Origin: Planctomycetota bacterium
GTDB lineage: Bacteria; Planctomycetota; Planctomycetia; Pirellulales; Lacipirellulaceae
NCBI GenBank assembly: GCA_039190745.1
Contig: JBCCXZ010000067.1
Span: 1-18,064 of the forward strand
Direction of reading: 5' to 3'
DNA: 18,064 nucleotides
Part shown: one piece after another, positions 16,161 to 18,064 of the stretch
Numbering within the stretch: the stretch's first letter is position 1
How the letters are laid out: every line of letters starts with the position of its first letter
Made by a program: the position numbers and the translations under genes
Notes under the pieces: model-generated
The model's input: the letters and a program-made list of their open reading frames with translations, nothing else
Database searches by the model: none
Told to the model about the DNA's origin: nothing

Positions 16161-17644
16161 GCCGAATCACCGCGGGGTTGATCGACTGGCTGGACGACCG
16201 CACCGGCGTGAAGAAGATCGTCGACGAGGCGCTCTACGAGCCCGTCCCTGGCGGCGCACGCTGGCGCTACGTCTGGGGAAGCACCCTCGTGATGGCCTTC
16301 GTCACGCAGATCATCACCGGCACGTTCCTCTGGATGGCCTACAGCCCCAGCACGCAAACCGCCTGGGAGAGCGTTTTCTACATCCAATACGAGATGCCCG
16401 GAGGTTGGCTCCTGCGAGGCATCCACCACTTTATGGCCCAGGCCATGATCGTGCTGCTCGCCCTGCACTTTGTCCAAGTTGTGTGGGACGGCGCCTACCG
16501 CGCGCCGCGTGAATTGAACTTCGTCATCGGCATCGTGCTGATGCTCATCGTGCTCGGTCTCTCCTTCACCGGCTACCTGCTGCCGTGGGATCAGAAGGGC
16601 TACTGGGCCACCAGCGTCGGCACCAACCTCGCCAGCCAGGCGCCCGTCGTCGGGCCTGAGATCAAGAAGCTCGCCATCGGCGGCAGCGACTACGGACACC
16701 ATACGCTCACGCGGTTCTTCGCCCTGCACGCCGGAGTGCTCCCCGGGCTGATGGTCGGCTTCATCGCGCTGCACGTTATGCTCTTCCGCCGGCATGGCCT
16801 GCACGCCAAGAACCCCAAGGGCTCCGTCGACGGAGTCTTCTGGCCCGACCAGGTGCTGAAGGACAGCGTCGCCGCCCTCGGCGTGCTCGCCGCGGTGCTG
16901 GGGCTCACCGTCTACTACGGCGGGGCCGAGCTGACGGCTCCCGCCGACCCCTCGAACCCCTACGACGCCGCGCGTCCCGAGTGGTACTTCCTGTTCCTCT
17001 TCCAGTTCCTGAAATGGTTCCCCGGCGAGGCCGAGGTGTGGGGCGCCTTCGTCATCCCCGGGCTCGTGGTCGCGGTGCTGTTTGTCATGCCGTGGATCGG
17101 CCGCTGGCGCGTGGGCCACTTCCTGAACGTCGCGATGCTGGCCGTCCTGCTCGGCGGCAGCGCGATTCTCACCGTCCAGGCGTTGCAGGAAGACTACTAC
17201 GCCGACTGGTACCCCGACGCGACCGACGACCCCCGGCACGAACCTTCCACACGCTTCCTGGTTGCGAAGAAGGAGGCTCACCACGTCGCCGAACGCGTCG
17301 TTGAGCTCGCCCAAAGCCCGAGCAGGATCCCGCCAACCGGGGCGCTCACGCTCGTCTACAACGACGCGTTCTTGCAGGGGCGGAAGATCTTCGAAGCCAA
17401 CTGCGCCAGCTGCCACCCGCACAGCCCCCGCGACGCCGAGAGCGACGCCCCCGCGCTGGCGCCCAATCTCTACCGTGTCGGCGGGGCCGACTGGGTCGCC
17501 GGCATGCTCGACCCCGAGCGGGTCGGCGGCAAGCACTTCCTCGGCTACGACAACTCGCCCTTCGCCGCGACCGTCACGAGGTCGCTATCGGCGGCGAAGG
17601 TGTGCAGCTGCCGCTCAAGGAGTTCCAGCTGTTGGCGTTGCTGA
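16157..17644 (+). CDS. Cytochrome b (b6-like) fused to subunit IV and a c-type heme domain; native sequence appears to end near 17565
   Basis: Four heme-b His (RGIHH..ALH; FFALH..IALH), TGYLLPWDQKGYWA, PEWY at 16976-16987, CASCH at 17402-17416. The tail after SPFA is an off-frame reading of another gene. Confidence 0.9.
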   Translation: MSRITAGLIDWLDDRTGVKKIVDEALYEPVPGGARWRYVWGSTLVMAFVTQIITGTFLWMAYSPSTQTAWESVFYIQYEMPGGWLLRGIHHFMAQAMIVLLALHFVQVVWDGAYRAPRELNFVIGIVLMLIVLGLSFTGYLLPWDQKGYWATSVGTNLASQAPVVGPEIKKLAIGGSDYGHHTLTRFFALHAGVLPGLMVGFIALHVMLFRRHGLHAKNPKGSVDGVFWPDQVLKDSVAALGVLAAVLGLTVYYGGAELTAPADPSNPYDAARPEWYFLFLFQFLKWFPGEAEVWGAFVIPGLVVAVLFVMPWIGRWRVGHFLNVAMLAVLLGGSAILTVQALQEDYYADWYPDATDDPRHEPSTRFLVAKKEAHHVAERVVELAQSPSRIPPTGALTLVYNDAFLQGRKIFEANCASCHPHSPRDAESDAPALAPNLYRVGGADWVAGMLDPERVGGKHFLGYDNSPFAATVTRSLSAAKVCSCRSRSSSCWRC

Positions 17645-17832
17645 TGGAGAACGCCGGCATCGTCGTCACCCGCCAGACGCTGATCGACCGAGTCTGGGGC
17701 TACGACTACGTCGGTGACACCAAGACCCTCGACGTGCACATCAAGCGGCTCCGGGCGAAGGTCGAGCCGTCGCCCGACAACCCCGAGCGCATCGTCACGA
17801 TCCGCGGCCTCGGCTACAAGCTCAACTCCTGA
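17566..17832 (+). pseudogene. C-terminal winged-helix fragment of an OmpR/PhoB-family response regulator (RegX3-like), no receiver domain
   Basis: Frame reads RDRHEVAIGGEGVQLPLKEFQLLALLMENAGIVVTRQTLIDRVWGYDYVGDTKTLDVHIKRLRAKVEPSPDNPERIVTIRGLGYKLNS*. LPLKEF and DYVGDTKTLDVH are RegX3 signatures; similarity extends upstream of the ORF-track GTG. Confidence 0.8.
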
Positions 17833-17874
17833 GCCGAGGGAGTGCCGGCGTCGGCGACGACTATCGTTGGCCCC

Positions 17875-18064
17875 ATGGCGGACACGATGGCGGCAACGAC
17901 CTACACCCTCGAGCGCAACGCAGCGCCCTCACCGAAGAAGTGGGGCAGCGTGGTCCTGGCGTTCATCACCGGTCTGATGACGTCCGGCGGCGGATCGACC
18001 CCGGTGGCCGGCGACGGCGTGCGAATTCTCGATCACGACGGCACGGTGCTCGCCGAGGTCTCCG
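17875..18064 (+). CDS. Hypothetical protein, 3' partial (MADTMAATTYTLERNAAPSPKKWGSVVLAFITGLMTSGGG...)
   Basis: Frame open from ATG 17875 to the window end with GC3-rich codons; TATCGT -10-like box 7 nt upstream. Confidence 0.55.
   Translation, partial: MADTMAATTYTLERNAAPSPKKWGSVVLAFITGLMTSGGGSTPVAGDGVRILDHDGTVLAEVS

Noticed and set aside
17602..17832. Stand-alone 76-aa winged-helix gene, or a programmed frameshift fusing cytochrome and regulator
   Set aside because: Similarity continues upstream of the GTG and stops abruptly. There is no slippery site, and an exported heme domain fused to a DNA-binding domain is topologically implausible.

Overview
High-GC bacterial window, mostly housekeeping. 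Gene content and protein features suggest a planctomycete (Pirellulales-like); this is inference from family knowledge, not a search. Minus-strand run: ubiE/menG, ubiX, mqnP-like, mqnE (futalosine menaquinone genes), a YugP-type Zn peptidase, an exported hypothetical protein, thiS, thiG and a GNAT. Divergent plus-strand run: comB-like, glycyl-tRNA ligase, a small two-gene toxin-antitoxin-like insert, larB and nnrD. Then a convergent ppx/gppA, followed by ribF, nrnA, a Rieske protein and a fused cytochrome b/subunit IV/cytochrome c. Main anomalies: (1) the MqnE radical-SAM motif reads CxxxFxxC, one base from CxxxCxxC; (2) near 17565 the cytochrome gene breaks mid-domain into an out-of-frame RegX3-like fragment of actinobacterial character, probably a chimeric junction; (3) an uncharacterised RelE/ParE-like pair with its own extended -10; (4) two intergenic short-repeat arrays. 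I cannot support a clearly new multi-gene system; the TA-like pair and the b6-like cytochrome fusion are the best leads.
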